DNA of 63,028 nt, filler included, from Lenisia limosa (GCA_001655205.1; 14 parts of 14 records of this genome joined end to end with filler, not necessarily neighbours in it); one strand, 5' to 3'; positions 47,726 to 59,814 are shown, counted from the whole stretch's first letter. A program made the numbers and translations. Notes: generated from the letters alone by a model not told the origin.

Positions 47726-48295
47726 CTGAGGGGAGGTGGCTGTGGGGGGGGGGGGNNNNNNNNNNNNNNNNNNNNNNNNNNNNNNNNNNNNNNNNNNNNN
47801 NNNNNNNNNNNNNNNNNNNNNNNNNNNNNNNNNNNNNNNNNNNNNNNNNNNNNNNNNNNNNNNNNNNNNNNNNNNNNNNCTGTTGGCTGAAAAAAAGGAA
47901 AAATTGGAAAATTTATGAAACAAAAAAAAGCCCAAATCAAAATATTAATAAAGGGGACCTCTCCCCTGCATGGATTTGGAAATATCACACCACAACGTAG
48001 GCTCCACCCCCCCTCACTACAAATAATCTTAGAGTTGAGTATAGTCTTTTCAACATGGCATACTAGGTAGCCCTGAACAATCCCCCACTACGTAGAATCT
48101 TAGTATTGCGTACTAGTCTTTTCAACTACACCCAATATGATTTACTAGGTTTAATGTCACTAAATCAAAGTAGCCTGCGCAATACCCCCCCCCCCNNNNN
48201 NNNNNNNNNNNNNNNNNNNNNNNNNNNNNNNNNNNNNNNTTAATTAATTAANNNNNNNNNNNNNNNNNNNNNNNNNNNNNNNNNNNNNNNNNNNN

Positions 48296-51200
48296 ATAGT
48301 AGGGCATAGCCAGGCTGGACGCATAGAACTGATCCATGGCCTGGGAGGGAGGTAAAATCGGAAAATTTATCAAGAATTGTACAAATCACGAACCGAATAA
48401 TCTGTAAAATGAAGAAAATGTTGATGAAATCGGGGTGAGGGGGAGTAAAACGAAGGAAATTTCGATGAAGAATATTGGCGTGAAGGNNNNNNNNNNNNNN
48501 NNNNNNNNNNNNNNNNNNNNNNNNNNNNNNNNNNNNNNNNNNNNNNNNNNNNNNNNNNNNNNNNNNNNNNNNNNNNNNNNNNNNNNNNNACGATTAGTTT
48601 GCCTTCCCTTTTGCCCAGTTATCTTTTCCTCAACCCCCAAACCTGTCGAGCGAACTGATCTGGCATTCCAATGTGCTTAAATGAGCAGTTGCTTCCTCTC
48701 CAACAGCCGCCCTCGGTGTTGAAGAATCGGCACACCTCTGCCTGGGGGGTGGGGAAAATACTGTTAATTTGAAAACTTCTCTCTGGGGGTTATACGTCTT
48801 CATTCCAATTGGAAAAATTCGGCTATACAGTGACCGGGATAAGTCTTGACCTACTTTCCTTGGGAAGTCACAAAGCAAATCGGTCTAGACTTCTACAGTC
48901 ACTGTATATCACATATAAAAACTATCAATTTCTGAGAAAGCCTCGATAAAACGGTATAGTATCTATACCCGGAACCCACTGGGGATGTTTGAGAGTTTTT
49001 CAGATACGACGTCGAAGCAATTGAAGGAGCCATTTGATATGATCTCTGAAATTTTAGTGCAGGGTAGAATTTCGGTTTTGCAAAAATATACTTGTGACCA
49101 AAGAAAAAAAATGGTAAAATTTTATTTTTCAATCCCTTCATACACCGTTTTTTGGTATTGGCATGTTCATTTGACCTGGATACGGTTGCATATTATCATA
49201 TTGCGGCGGTACCACTCGTTGCAGCGGATTTAACCCGGTTTGCTAGATATCAGCGTAAGACGGAAAATAAGGGTAGTGTAATTTTGAACAATATTCACTT
49301 GTAATATGATCATATGACAGATTTTCAAGTCGGAAATGTTGAACAAAGGTTTATTTCAAGTATACCAGAGTATCATTGATCATATCAGTCACAATTTAAG
49401 AAACAAAAAGGTCCAAAATCAATGTTGGCTAGCAACACAAGAGGGTTGAAAACTAAACAAAAAAAGCCCAAGCCAGTCGCTTCAGCAGCACTACATCCCA
49501 CCACTCCAGCGTATGGGAGAATAAATCGGAATTTGTGAGGATAACTAATTTTCCTTTTCACAAAAACCCCATTACCTGGGGGTTATACGTCGGAATTTGC
49601 GTCGGGTATGCAGGTTGAGGGGCTACAAACATGGCAGGCCCGGGTATAGGAATTTGTACTGGTACCTAATGTGTGAAGGAAATTTATAGCTTGCCTAAAA
49701 TAGGGTGGCATAATACTACATGATTTCCAAGGTTTTGATTACACATAGGGCTTCATGTGGTTCGAAAAAGTCCGGTAAAATATCGATATTTATTGAGGAT
49801 TCATCAATGAAATTCAGTCTTTGATTAGGAGCGTAGGAAAGCTCAAGTTACACATTTGTGGGAGCTGGAACCGGCTCACACTTGATGCATTCATGGGTTG
49901 CGGCGGCGAAGTGGACTGATATTGATATTGGGGGGAGTATTGATGCTGGGGATATGGCTGTGCGAGGTTGTTGAATGTGACGTTTGTCGATTGGAATTTC
50001 CGGGGCAGACGGGATCGCTCCTCGGGACTGTTGGGTTGGTTAAGGCATGGTTTCAAGGGTAGGGAGTAAAATTGGAAAATTTACGAAACAACTCTGTTGG
50101 TATGAAATTACATGGACAGTCCTCAGTATTATCCAAATAATAGGGGTGGAGCACTCAGAACAACAAAAATTACATATCCCAGTAAAGGTGTCAAAAGCTC
50201 CTTTTTGACCACTTTTTGTAATTTTTGGTGTTGTGAGCCCACAAAATATTATTAATATCCTAATTTTCTCCATTGTTACCTGGGGTATTGTCGGGTGGTT
50301 ACAGGGGACTTGGTAGAAACTGGTGTGGTCTGATTTGAAGAAGGGAGGGGTGCCTTGAGAGCACGAGACGGTACTGACGGTTGCAGTCGTCTACAAGGTT
50401 TTAGGAGGTCGTTTTATTGTTTCTATGTGAAAAAATAGTGTAATTAATGAAAATTGTCAATTTCAAAATGTTCAAATGAATGTCAATCTTAGTTTCAAAA
50501 TTACAAAACAAAGAATCAGAATTAATGTAATATCATAAATACTAAAATGAATATGTACCCCCATAGATGAATGAGAAATGAAGACTATGACAATAATAAG
50601 CTTTGATGCGATAAATAAAGAGAGAAATTCCCAATGAAGTTTGATAATACCTACTTTGACAGAAAGGGTGACGAAATCCAGGACTCATCTTTTGCAGCAT
50701 CAAACATGAGTTGTTCAAAAATTTCAACCTGGCGTGTTATTATTTCTAATAAGGAAACATGTATGATATCAAAAGAATCTTACCTCCTGTTCGTCAAAAG
50801 TCTTAGGAGAAGTATGAACCCACCCTTCCCATTCGACATCTTTGGCTGCTTGCTCTTGTCTAAGTTGGTGGTACAAATTAGTTGGAATTGTAACTGGTGA
50901 AAAAATTCTCCTGCCTAATTGGTATATTTTAGATAGGGCAATACAATTGAGTTTATTAGATTTTGTTTTAAATCTAAGATGTTTGTAATGGTCATAAAAT
51001 TGGTAAAAGAGGGTCATGCCTTAAATGATATGTGAAGTTAATTTAAAATTTGAGAAAAATTTTCCAAAGAAATAAACGTGACTTGTACAAAAAAAATCAT
51101 TTTGAATCGCACTTAGTATGTAGATTATGTCATACTTTTCCCAAACCTTCCCTCCACCCCTTTCTATTCCTCTTTTCCCCCTAACCGCTCGTTAACTGAA

Positions 51201-51730
51201 AAATATCTTTACTTCTGAGTCCCTCCCCATTTTCCTTTCACCCCCGCTACCTTCCCTTCTGATCTATCACCTCAGCGCTTTCCTTCATCTCCATAAAACT
51301 GAATGACAGGCCTTGAGGAGGCTCTGTAATGTCCTTAGCTAACTCTTCTTCTTCCTGTTTAACTTCTTCATTATCCTTTGTTTCTTCTTCATCCTTTGTT
51401 TCATGTGTTATTTCTTCCTTTTTTTCTTCCTTCTCTGCTTTCACATTTGCTTCATCATCTTTCTTCTTTGTAGCTACAGTACTATCCTGTTTCTTTCCCG
51501 AAACATTCTTCTCCTTCTCTGAAATAATTGGTTTCTGCTCATCTGGAACATTGTGTGTCTTATCAATATCATGTTCTTCTGACACATTATCGGGTATAAA
51601 CGTCTTCAGACGAGGTGATGATGATGGTGACCTCTTTTGGTATTGGCCTGGCCCGGGTTTACTTTCAGATCTCTTCTGGGGTTGGCTCTTCTCCAGATCG
51701 CGTGAAGAAGGCTCTAATTGTCTGGAGCAG
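48296..51730 (-). CDS. Large low-complexity protein with a CCCH zinc finger, partial
   Basis: An acidic/Lys-rich exon (ORF 51247-51741), P/Q/S-rich exons, and EVCRFFNTEGGCWRGSNCSFKH at ~48741-48670 (C-x8-C-x5-C-x3-H). Confidence 0.62.
48828..48904. mobile_element. Tc1/mariner-like MITE (77 bp)
   Basis: TA|CAGTGACCGGGATAAGTCTTGACC...GGTCTAGACTTCTACAGTCACTG|TA; same length as 34314-34390. Right-TIR remnants at ~61258-61282 and ~38110-38124. Confidence 0.85.
49748..49844. mobile_element. MITE family A copy
   Basis: TA|GGGCTTCATGTGGTTCGAAAAAG...AAATATCGATATTT...TTCAGTCTT...GGAGCGTAGGAAAGCTC. Confidence 0.75.
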
Positions 51731-52311
51731 TAAAAATTCAATAATCCTTAACGTATATCGCGATCACTCTATAATCTTGAGATAAGTCCTGACACGAATA
51801 CTTAACTTTCTTAAGCTATAGTCAATCGTGTCAGGACTTATCGCGGTCATTGTGTATGTTTCCCAAGCCAACATACGTGTACATAAAATAGTTTGCGCAC
51901 AGAATTTTTTCAAATTTCAATTTTCAAATAACTTCGATTATTTTGAAATTGATATCAAGATTTCAAATTTCAGCTAAAAATGGAAGAATCAATGTGAATA
52001 TTTCATGAATATTTTATAATTATTTGAAACTTTAAGTGTGAAAATCCCGTGTGCAACTATAAATCTCAATTTAGACGAATAAGGTAGTAGAGATGGGGGT
52101 TTGAGAAATGAGGGAGGGAGCAAAAGGAAATGCGTGAGGTATTTCAGAAGGGGATTAAAAATTCTCCGCTCAAAATGAGGTGGCTCTTTACAAAAGCGTC
52201 TNNNNNNNNNNNNNNNNNNNNNNNNNNNNNNNNNNNNNNNNNNNNTTAATTAATTAANNNNNNNNNNNNNNNNNNNNNNNNNNNNNNNNNNNNNNNNNNN
52301 NGGGAATTAAA

Positions 52312-52455
52312 AAAAAAAAAACAAGGTTGTATCTGACCAAAGCCATCCACACCATCACGCTTATCGTAGATATTGGATTATAGTATATATAAATTCACCC
52401 AATAATTTGCCTTAAAACTCTGTGCACACAGCTTTCTGCGTGCCTCCCCAGCATA
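52312..52455 (-). mobile_element. Body and 3' end of the SINE-like repeat (longest copy)
   Basis: Reverse complement ATGCTGGGGAGGCACGCAGAAAGCT...AATCCAATATC...AAGCGTGATGGTGTGGATGGCTTTGGTCAGATACAACCTTGTTTTTTT; near-identical to 62860-63000 (minus). Confidence 0.75.
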
Positions 52456-52466
52456 CTGTCCGTCAT

Positions 52467-52535
52467 AATAAGAGTTGAGATTTGAACCCATTTCAGCGCG
52501 TCAAACTCAGAGGTGCTAAACCGTTAGAGGGGGTG
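52467..52535 (-). pseudogene. Degenerate tRNA-Gln(UUG)-like sequence (possible SINE head)
   Basis: Reverse complement CTCTAACGGTTTAGCACCTCTGAGTTTGACGCGCTGAAATGGGTTCAAATCTC resembles the eukaryotic tRNA-Gln pattern TAATGGTTAGCAC...CTTTGAA...GTTCAAATCTC (A-box, TTG anticodon region, B-box). Acceptor and anticodon stems do not pair well. Confidence 0.45.
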
Positions 52536-52719
52536 GAAATATAGGAAACGAAAACACGCATATTCAACTCTGTTGGTGTGTGTGTGGGTATCATTTCAAT
52601 ATGGCTATCTGTGCCTAGTATAAAGCTCTTCGTTCACAGACGCTGCAATTATAATATGAAAGATTATTTGGAAAACCGAAAAATACAATAAAGGAGTACC
52701 GCGTGAAAGGAGCCCCTCA

Positions 52720-55110
52720 TTACCTCTTTACACCAAGCTCCTCAACAAGTTGCATGAGATTCTCTAGGTCCTTTTCACGACTGGGAGTGGGGTGTAAAGG
52801 AAGGAGGAGAGTATTGAGAAACGGGGTAAAATGCCGAAGAAAATGTAAAAGACGAGAAAATACTGCCAATTCATTATTTTTGATTACACACATGATGCAG
52901 ACCACCACCACCCACATTGATAAGCTAACGTAAGTCTGGGTGATAGAAGGTTGGAAGCAAAACTCGGAAACCTGAATAAGTAACCTTTCCATTCCTTGTT
53001 TGTATCTAGAGAAAGTTAACGGAAAAGTTGAGTCTCTTATTGCTTAGGCACATACAGCATTTATTTACAGAAACAAGTCCACACTCCACAAACGGCGCTG
53101 ATGACATTCTGAAAGGCGTCATTGCAGGGCACCGTGCAGAGACATCTATCAAGCAGTTCGCCAAGGTATTTTGACTCGTTTTCCTTCAGACGTTGCACCA
53201 AGGACTGTGTAGTGAAAAGGAAGGACGTTCAGTCATTAAATCATATGTCCCAAGGGGAGAGGTTCTGTGTAGCAGTATTGAAATTTCCCACCTCTGAGAA
53301 GATTCCCAATAACAACACATAACAAAGATAAAGGGTGTAGTAACATTATGCAACATTTTACATCAACTAAAGCGATATTATGTTGAAATGAGGGGGAAAG
53401 AAGTAACTAGTCGAAGCCGTCAATCTTAACCCAAGCTCTGAAAAGACGACAGAAACATATTAAAAGCTCACGAAAAGGGACGTGACGAATGACCGAAGGA
53501 GTGAGAGGAATGTTTCGAAAGACTCTGGCGCCTTGGTTTGACTATAGAGATTCTGGGGGGTGAATGCATGAAAGCAAAGAAAGCCAGTCTCTGACCATTA
53601 TTAACCTATCCAAATGATATTTTGCATGTATATGTATTATGCATATATGATACATCTGATATATCGTAGCATATGCATATGCAGTTATCATATATTATCC
53701 TGTTTCAACTCAGACAAATGCTATCCCCCCAACCGAAAGTGCCGAGGCCACTGTGTCTTTGGAGCGCGGGACGTGGGGAGAGTAAGGGCTCATTCGCCCG
53801 GAGACTGGCCTGGGGGGGGGGGGANNNNNNNNNNNNNNNNNNNNNNNNNNNNNNNNNNNNNNNNNNNNNNNNNNNNNNNNNNNNNNNNNNNNNNNNNNNN
53901 NNNNNNNNNNNNNNNNNNNNNNNNNNNNNNNNNNNNNNNNNNNNNNNNNNNNNNNNNNNNNNNNNNNNNNNNNNNNNNNNNNNNNNNNNNNNNNNNNNNN
54001 NNNNNNNNGCGTGATCTTGCCAAAGAACTCAAGGAACTCTGAAAGGTCTGAGTGGTGCATCACTGCGGCCACGGCTTTTCTGAAGATATTAAACATTTTG
54101 AAATGGTAGAAATTGATTAAGTGTAAATTTGTTTAAAAGATCAATATAGAGTTGACAAGAGATCCCAAGTAACGAGCTCCTTTCCCAGCGCTTCATAAAA
54201 GACGACAGTACGATATCACATTAACAACGTGTAAATCATATAGTGTCCGGAGAAAAGTGCAGTTTTCTTTGAAATAGTGCTGACAAATGCTATCAATTTT
54301 AAAATGTGATTGCGTTAAAAATACAATCATAAAGAAGAGGTGATAGACACTGTTGTTCTTGGTCATACCGTTAAACCTCCCAAGTTTACCTTAAAACAAG
54401 AGCCTTATCAGATGTGGTCAGTTCCAAGCCACTTAAGGTGGAGATCAACGTGACGATTGCGTTGGTCGTGTTCTCTACCATCTCCCTGGTTGGGTGAGTG
54501 GTCGGTAGTTGTGACTTGAAATTGATAGTTATGATACATACCAAATGGGAGAGGAGAACGAATTTTTATGTTTGTTACATATGATATGAGCTCAAAGTGG
54601 TAGAACAAGTGGACCCCCCATTCTATGCTTTCATTCTCCAAATACATGCTAAAACACTTACACCCCACCTTGCGAGCGGAGACGTCTCGACCCCTTGATA
54701 GGCAATCAGCCTTGAGTGCGCCATATGGCAACTCGGCTCGAAGTACGTCAAGGGGGTGTGTTGGCCTGAAATGATGAGAGGGACGGGTGTTAGCTAATTT
54801 TAAAAGAAACCTAAGAAACTCCGTAATTCGCATTTCCCGATGATTAAATGTTCACAAAAAACGCGGGTCAAAAGGGAATGTGGAGGAGATAAGGGAGGGG
54901 GGAATGCTGCGTGATAATAATAATATCATATGAAGCGAGAAATAAACGAGTCACAGCCCCCAACAGGCAAGGTAGCATTCAGAAGCCAGACACGTCAGCT
55001 CTACCATGGACGCTGAAGCGGCCGAGAACGTGACCGTGCCCTTGACTGTTGCCTTCCAACCCCAGTCCACTCCGCTGCTGTCTGTGTGGAACCTGGGAAG
55101 GGGTTAGCGG
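52720..55110 (-). CDS. Unidentified alpha-helical multi-exon gene
   Basis: AG/GT exons ANTPLDVLRAELPYGALKADCLSRGRDVSARK, EMVENTTNAIVTLISTLSGLELTTSDKALVL, KAVAAVMHHSDLSEFLEFFGKIT, SLVQRLKENESKYLGELLDRCL and REKDLENLMQLVEELGVK. Confidence 0.45.
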
Positions 55111-55818
55111 AAGAAGGAGGTATTTCTTATAATAATCAGAATTCCCAGGTACGCTACCCACTTGAATATGCAAGAGTTACCCTTAATGTGAACAGCGGGC
55201 CAGCCAGACGTGCTACGAGCCTATTGGAATGAATATCGACGATAGCACAACACACAGTATCGACGATAGCACAACACAGTATACACAATATTTGTGTTTG
55301 AAAAAAGGAAACAACTGAAGCTTCATCCCAAAATGAGAAAGATAATATTGCTTTAATGAGGAAAGTTAGTAGTTAAAGTAAAAAAAAATGTAGATTGTAA
55401 TGCAGGTGGCGGACCATCAAGAAGTATTGCTATCATCTGCATGATGATTATGTCTCCACACTCACTCGGAAGACTTCCTTTGACTCTCCTTCAGAAGTGA
55501 CGTGGATGGAGAGCGGGTCATATCTGAAACAACGTAAATTCTTTCAACAAAATTAAATGGTTTTTGACACTCGACATGCATACTTGTACTCAATAGACGA
55601 TGAACGGTCCCATGTAATATGCAGTTCATTCGCTCCTGGGATGCTGACCTTCACTGCCATGCTAAAAGGGAGGGATAAATTAAGTACAATTGCACCACTT
55701 GAAGTTGTTTGCACCCCGCTCACTTGAAGTTGTTTGTGTATGGATGGGGCGACTGTGCGATCTTCTCAACAGACACCACTGACTGGTCCTTTAAGGGTGA
55801 GTCCGGCAGATGAATCGC

Positions 55819-55890
55819 CATATCATACAATGTCAATCATATCATACCATGTCAATCATATCATACCATGTCAATCATATCATACCATGC
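55819..55890 (+). repeat. Minisatellite, 19-bp unit CATATCATACCATGTCAAT x ~3.5
   Basis: Directly visible tandem copies. Confidence 0.85.
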
Positions 55891-56065
55891 AAGCCACATC
55901 ATACTATAGGCTAAAGGTCTACTTTGATTACCAACCAGGCTGATGTTTCAACTAACAACATTTACNNNNNNNNNNNNNNNNNNNNNNNNNNNNNNNNNNN
56001 NNNNNNNNNTTAATTAATTAANNNNNNNNNNNNNNNNNNNNNNNNNNNNNNNNNNNNNNNNNNNN

Positions 56066-59000
56066 GGATAAAAATGGAGAACAACACGAGGATTAAAAGA
56101 GGAAAACAGCCATCTCAGAATGGAAAAAGCCATCATTGAATATAGCATTTATGCCACTAAAACTATCCATATGTATAGTCAGCTGCATACATGTTGCTGG
56201 AAGCCGTGGAACTGAACTGTGGCATTGTCTATGGAATCCTTGACAGCCTTGAGCGAGAGCATCTGGAGCAATGATTGAGGGGGGGGGGATGACGAAAGTA
56301 GAACAGAAACGCAAACAAAGCATGGGAAGTTAATCAATTCCTCACATCAGTCTGCGTGTCATTTGTGAGTTTCTTCTTTTGCCGAACAGCAGAATGAAGG
56401 TCAAAGCGGGTTGCGGCAAATCTGAATGCGGGTTAAGTGACAGTAAATTGTCTGAGATCAAGAAAACTGTAAATAGCAAGAAAACTGTAAATAGCAATAA
56501 AAAATCTAGTTATACAGGAAAATATATGGCAGCTTTCCCCCTCTCGCCTTTTCTTGCTCCCCCCCGCCCCCTCACCGAGAAAAGGCGGAGAGAATTGAGG
56601 ACTCCTCTGTTACGGAGTACATCATCATCTGGGACTGTGAGGATACGAAAGAAACATCGTTTGATAAGGCTACAAAGGTAAGATATCTCTGATCCTAGTT
56701 TCAATAGAGACTTCACTGCAAAAAAAGGTAAGCAATTGAATGATGCCCCCCAACAGGCTCGGATGAGATGAAGGCATAGAAGGCTCCTCGTGGTGACGTC
56801 ATCGACTGCATTAGCGCTGCCACATAGCACGAATTACCGAAGTTGGCAAGCCTGAATTCAAATGATCACGCACAACTCAGATAGTACCTTGGAGAAACTT
56901 TATTTAAGTGGATACTACGTCATATTAATCTTGAAATCATCCTGAAAGCACTTGACTTCTCACCCTAGTTGTTTTTCAGGGAAGTTACAGCGTTCATACT
57001 CGGACTTTCTTTCAGCCATAGTTGCTGTGGAATATCTAATATGGTAAAATGAGGACAGAATCGAGGAAACCCGTGGGTAACCCCAGAATGTATGAAATAT
57101 TTATCATTAGAAAATAAATTAGGATCTCCACCAGTTCTAATTAAAAGAGAATAATTATTAACTGTTTTATCATCCCTTAAACATAGAATAGTTTTTGTAA
57201 TATCGTGAGGATAAATATGATTTATTTTGAAAAAATAATAATAAAAAAAAACAGGTTATGAAAGACCCACCCCTTTCCCACTTATTTGGCTCTCCGGAGC
57301 TCGCGAACATGTTATTTGCGTTACGTTTGTAGCTAGTATCGGGGTTTGGACGTGGCCTCTTAGCCGGGCTGTGCGAGCCTAAAGAATGTGAAGACTGAAA
57401 AATTGGAAAATTTAAAGAAAAAAAAAGAAGCCCAAATCAACTCTGTTNNNNNNNNNNNNNNNNNNNNNNNNNNNNNNNNNNNNNNNNNNNNNNNNNNNNN
57501 NNNNNNNNNNNNNNNNNNAGTCGCTTTTGCAGCACCGCATCATATCACTCTTACAAACAAAGCCCAGACCAGTCGCTTCTGCAGCACCACATCCCATCAC
57601 TCTAACAAACAAAGCCCAGACCAGTCGCTTCTGTAGCACCACATCCCATCACTCTAAATCCCAGACCAGTCGCGATGCGAAAGCCAAAGAAATTAGCAAG
57701 AGGATGGGGTAAAGCGGAAGAGGGGGAGGGGGATCACAAGAGCATCCAATCAAAGATGGAGCAGAGAATAGAAGAGGGTATAGTAAGTCCGTATTGAATA
57801 TTATTTCGTAACACTCATGCCCTTACCATCCCAGACATACTATTGGGGTACACGGGTTTGATTCGCTTCTTTTCAGGGGTGTCATTTTTGTTAAACAGCG
57901 TAACATTTCGTTTAACGAACTCTTTTGCTGTTGATGCCAAGGCTACAAGGTTATTTCTAACACAATAACGCAATTATCCTAAATTATTCGATGATAGGGA
58001 CGGCCTCTGCGACCATTTATTTATCACCTTAACATTATACTACATACTATATTGATCATATTAAAACATTTTAAAGCTGAAATCGGAATCAACCCATTTA
58101 TTTAAGATTCGGTTTTGATACTTGAAACAGCCACCCCTCTTTCCCAACCATTTAATGCGTTTGGCTTCTTCACTGGGGTATTGAAATCTTCTCCAGAAAT
58201 CTGTGTCATTCTGCGTATTCAAAAAAAGGAGGAAAATTTATAAAAGTTGTGACAATCCTAAATGAGAGGGCTCCTTGCAATTAAATTTTTGCAGAAATTA
58301 ATTGACAAAATTTGAAATAAAAGTGTCGGAAATTGACTTCATATTTTGTATTAATTTTCTAATTTATTGCACTGAGCCCTATAAATAATGCTTCGGGATG
58401 TCAATCAGTTGGTAGGAATTTTTTTGCAGTAAAGTCTCTATTGAAACTAGGCTCATGGAGATAGGAAGGAAATGCTGATGAAGTCATTAGTAACGAGATG
58501 AAATCCATAATCCATAATGAATGGGGTCCTAAAAAGACTGTTTAAATATCGATACTTATAGAGGATTAGGATATTCGATCAATTTTTGGAACATAGGGAA
58601 GACCTAGTAATGTATCGTGGCATTTCGTGGCATACTTTGAAGAAGGGCGTGTAGGAGTGGCAGGAGTGGTAGGAGCGGAGTGGNNNNNNNNNNNNNNNNN
58701 NNNNNNNNNNNNNNNNNNNNNNNNNNNNNNNNNNNNNNNNNNNNNNNNNNNNNNNNNNNNNNNNNNNNNNNNNNNNNNNNNNNNNNNNNNNNNNCTGAAT
58801 TTCAATACCGGCCTTTTTCGAACCAGAGTAAAGCCATACTTACTTACCACACATAAATAACAACGTTAGTTACTTCATTTGTGGGTTTTACCCCATATTT
58901 ATTCACCATCGAAAATTCCCTCGTTTTAGCCCCCCTCCCTAGGTGTGCTGCAGAAGCGTCTTGCATGGTCTTGGTGTATGTTGTTGTTTTCTACCCTCAT

Positions 59001-59190
59001 GTGTTTCTAGCAACATGGGCTTTTATTTGCATTTTCCAATTTTACCACTTTCCAATTTTACTCCCCCCAACCCCTCACCTCGACATCGGAGAGGAAATAC
59101 TGATGCCTTTTGTTCGCTTATCGAGTCCTTCTTGAACCTTGTGTGGCACATACCCCTCGAGCTTGTTTCCAATCTGGGGGGGGGTGAAGA
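56066..59190 (-). CDS. Ubiquitin-specific protease (USP/C19) with a low-complexity N-terminus, partial
   Basis: Exon 56851-56755 gives GLANFGNSCYVAALMQSM (USP Cys box). Flanking exons TMAERKSEYERCNFPEKQL and LIKRCFFRILTVPDDDVLRNRGVLNSLRLFS. Joining the upstream exons to it is tentative. Confidence 0.75.
57520..57665 (-). repeat. 52-bp intronic tandem repeat x ~3 (5' half of the intron 3'-end element)
   Basis: Unit ACCAGTCGCTTCTGCAGCACCACATCCCATCACTCTAACAAACAAAGCCCAG; its length is not a multiple of 3. Single dispersed copies at ~49460-49505 and ~36055-36090 (rev). Confidence 0.85.
58268..58379. mobile_element. MITE family B copy
   Basis: GGGCTCCTTGCAATT...ATTGCACTGAGCCC|TA, with internal TTAATTGACAAAA...AAGTG(G/T)C(T/G)GAAAT. 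Related copies at 59433-59553, ~18070-18195 and ~46770-46850. Confidence 0.75.
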
Positions 59191-59538
59191 TGGAAAATAT
59201 ATGAAACAACAAAAGCCCAAAATCNNNNNNNNNNNNNNNNNNNNNNNNNNNNNNNNNNNNNNNNNNNNTTAATTAATTAANNNNNNNNNNNNNNNNNNNN
59301 NNNNNNNNNNNNNNNNNNNNNNNNCCCCCACAAACCTGTGGCTACACCAAGTCGCATCCCAATATAGGGCAATTCCAGGGCAGAAAAAACCTAAATGGTG
59401 ACCGATCGGATTATTCTTAACTGATATTTCTAGGGGTTTGTGCTTTAGTAATTTGAAATTAATTGATAAAATGAAACTAAAGTGTCTGAAATGAAGTTCT
59501 CGTTGAAATATGTCCAACGTCAAATACAATTTTCAATT

Positions 59539-59814
59539 AATTGCACAGAGCCCTTGGTATATCTGATTTTCAATGTGAATTATAATTGATGGATAGACAT
59601 ATAATATAGCTATGTATATAGAGATGAGGAATTAAAAAAAGATGTATGAACTACTCCTCAAGCGTATTACATGTTCATCAATCATATAAGCGTGATGGTG
59701 TGGATGGCTTCGGCCAGGTACATCTTTTTTTAATTTCTCATCTCAATATCATATGTCTATCCATCAATTATAATTCACATTGAAAATCAGATATACCAAG
59801 GGCTCTGTGCAATT
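59539..59814. repeat. 276-bp foldback with perfect 64-bp arms
   Basis: 59539-59602 is the exact reverse complement of 59751-59814. Inner arms 59621-59646 and 59719-59744 match with one mismatch. Confidence 0.9.

Noticed and set aside
51329-51733. Ser/Phe-rich plus-strand ORF
   Set aside because: It is the antisense shadow of the Glu/Lys-rich minus-strand exon.
57520-57665. CRISPR-like 52-bp repeats, or a coding repeat suggested by the ORF track
   Set aside because: No spacers, and the length is not a multiple of 3. The unit matches a dispersed intronic element.
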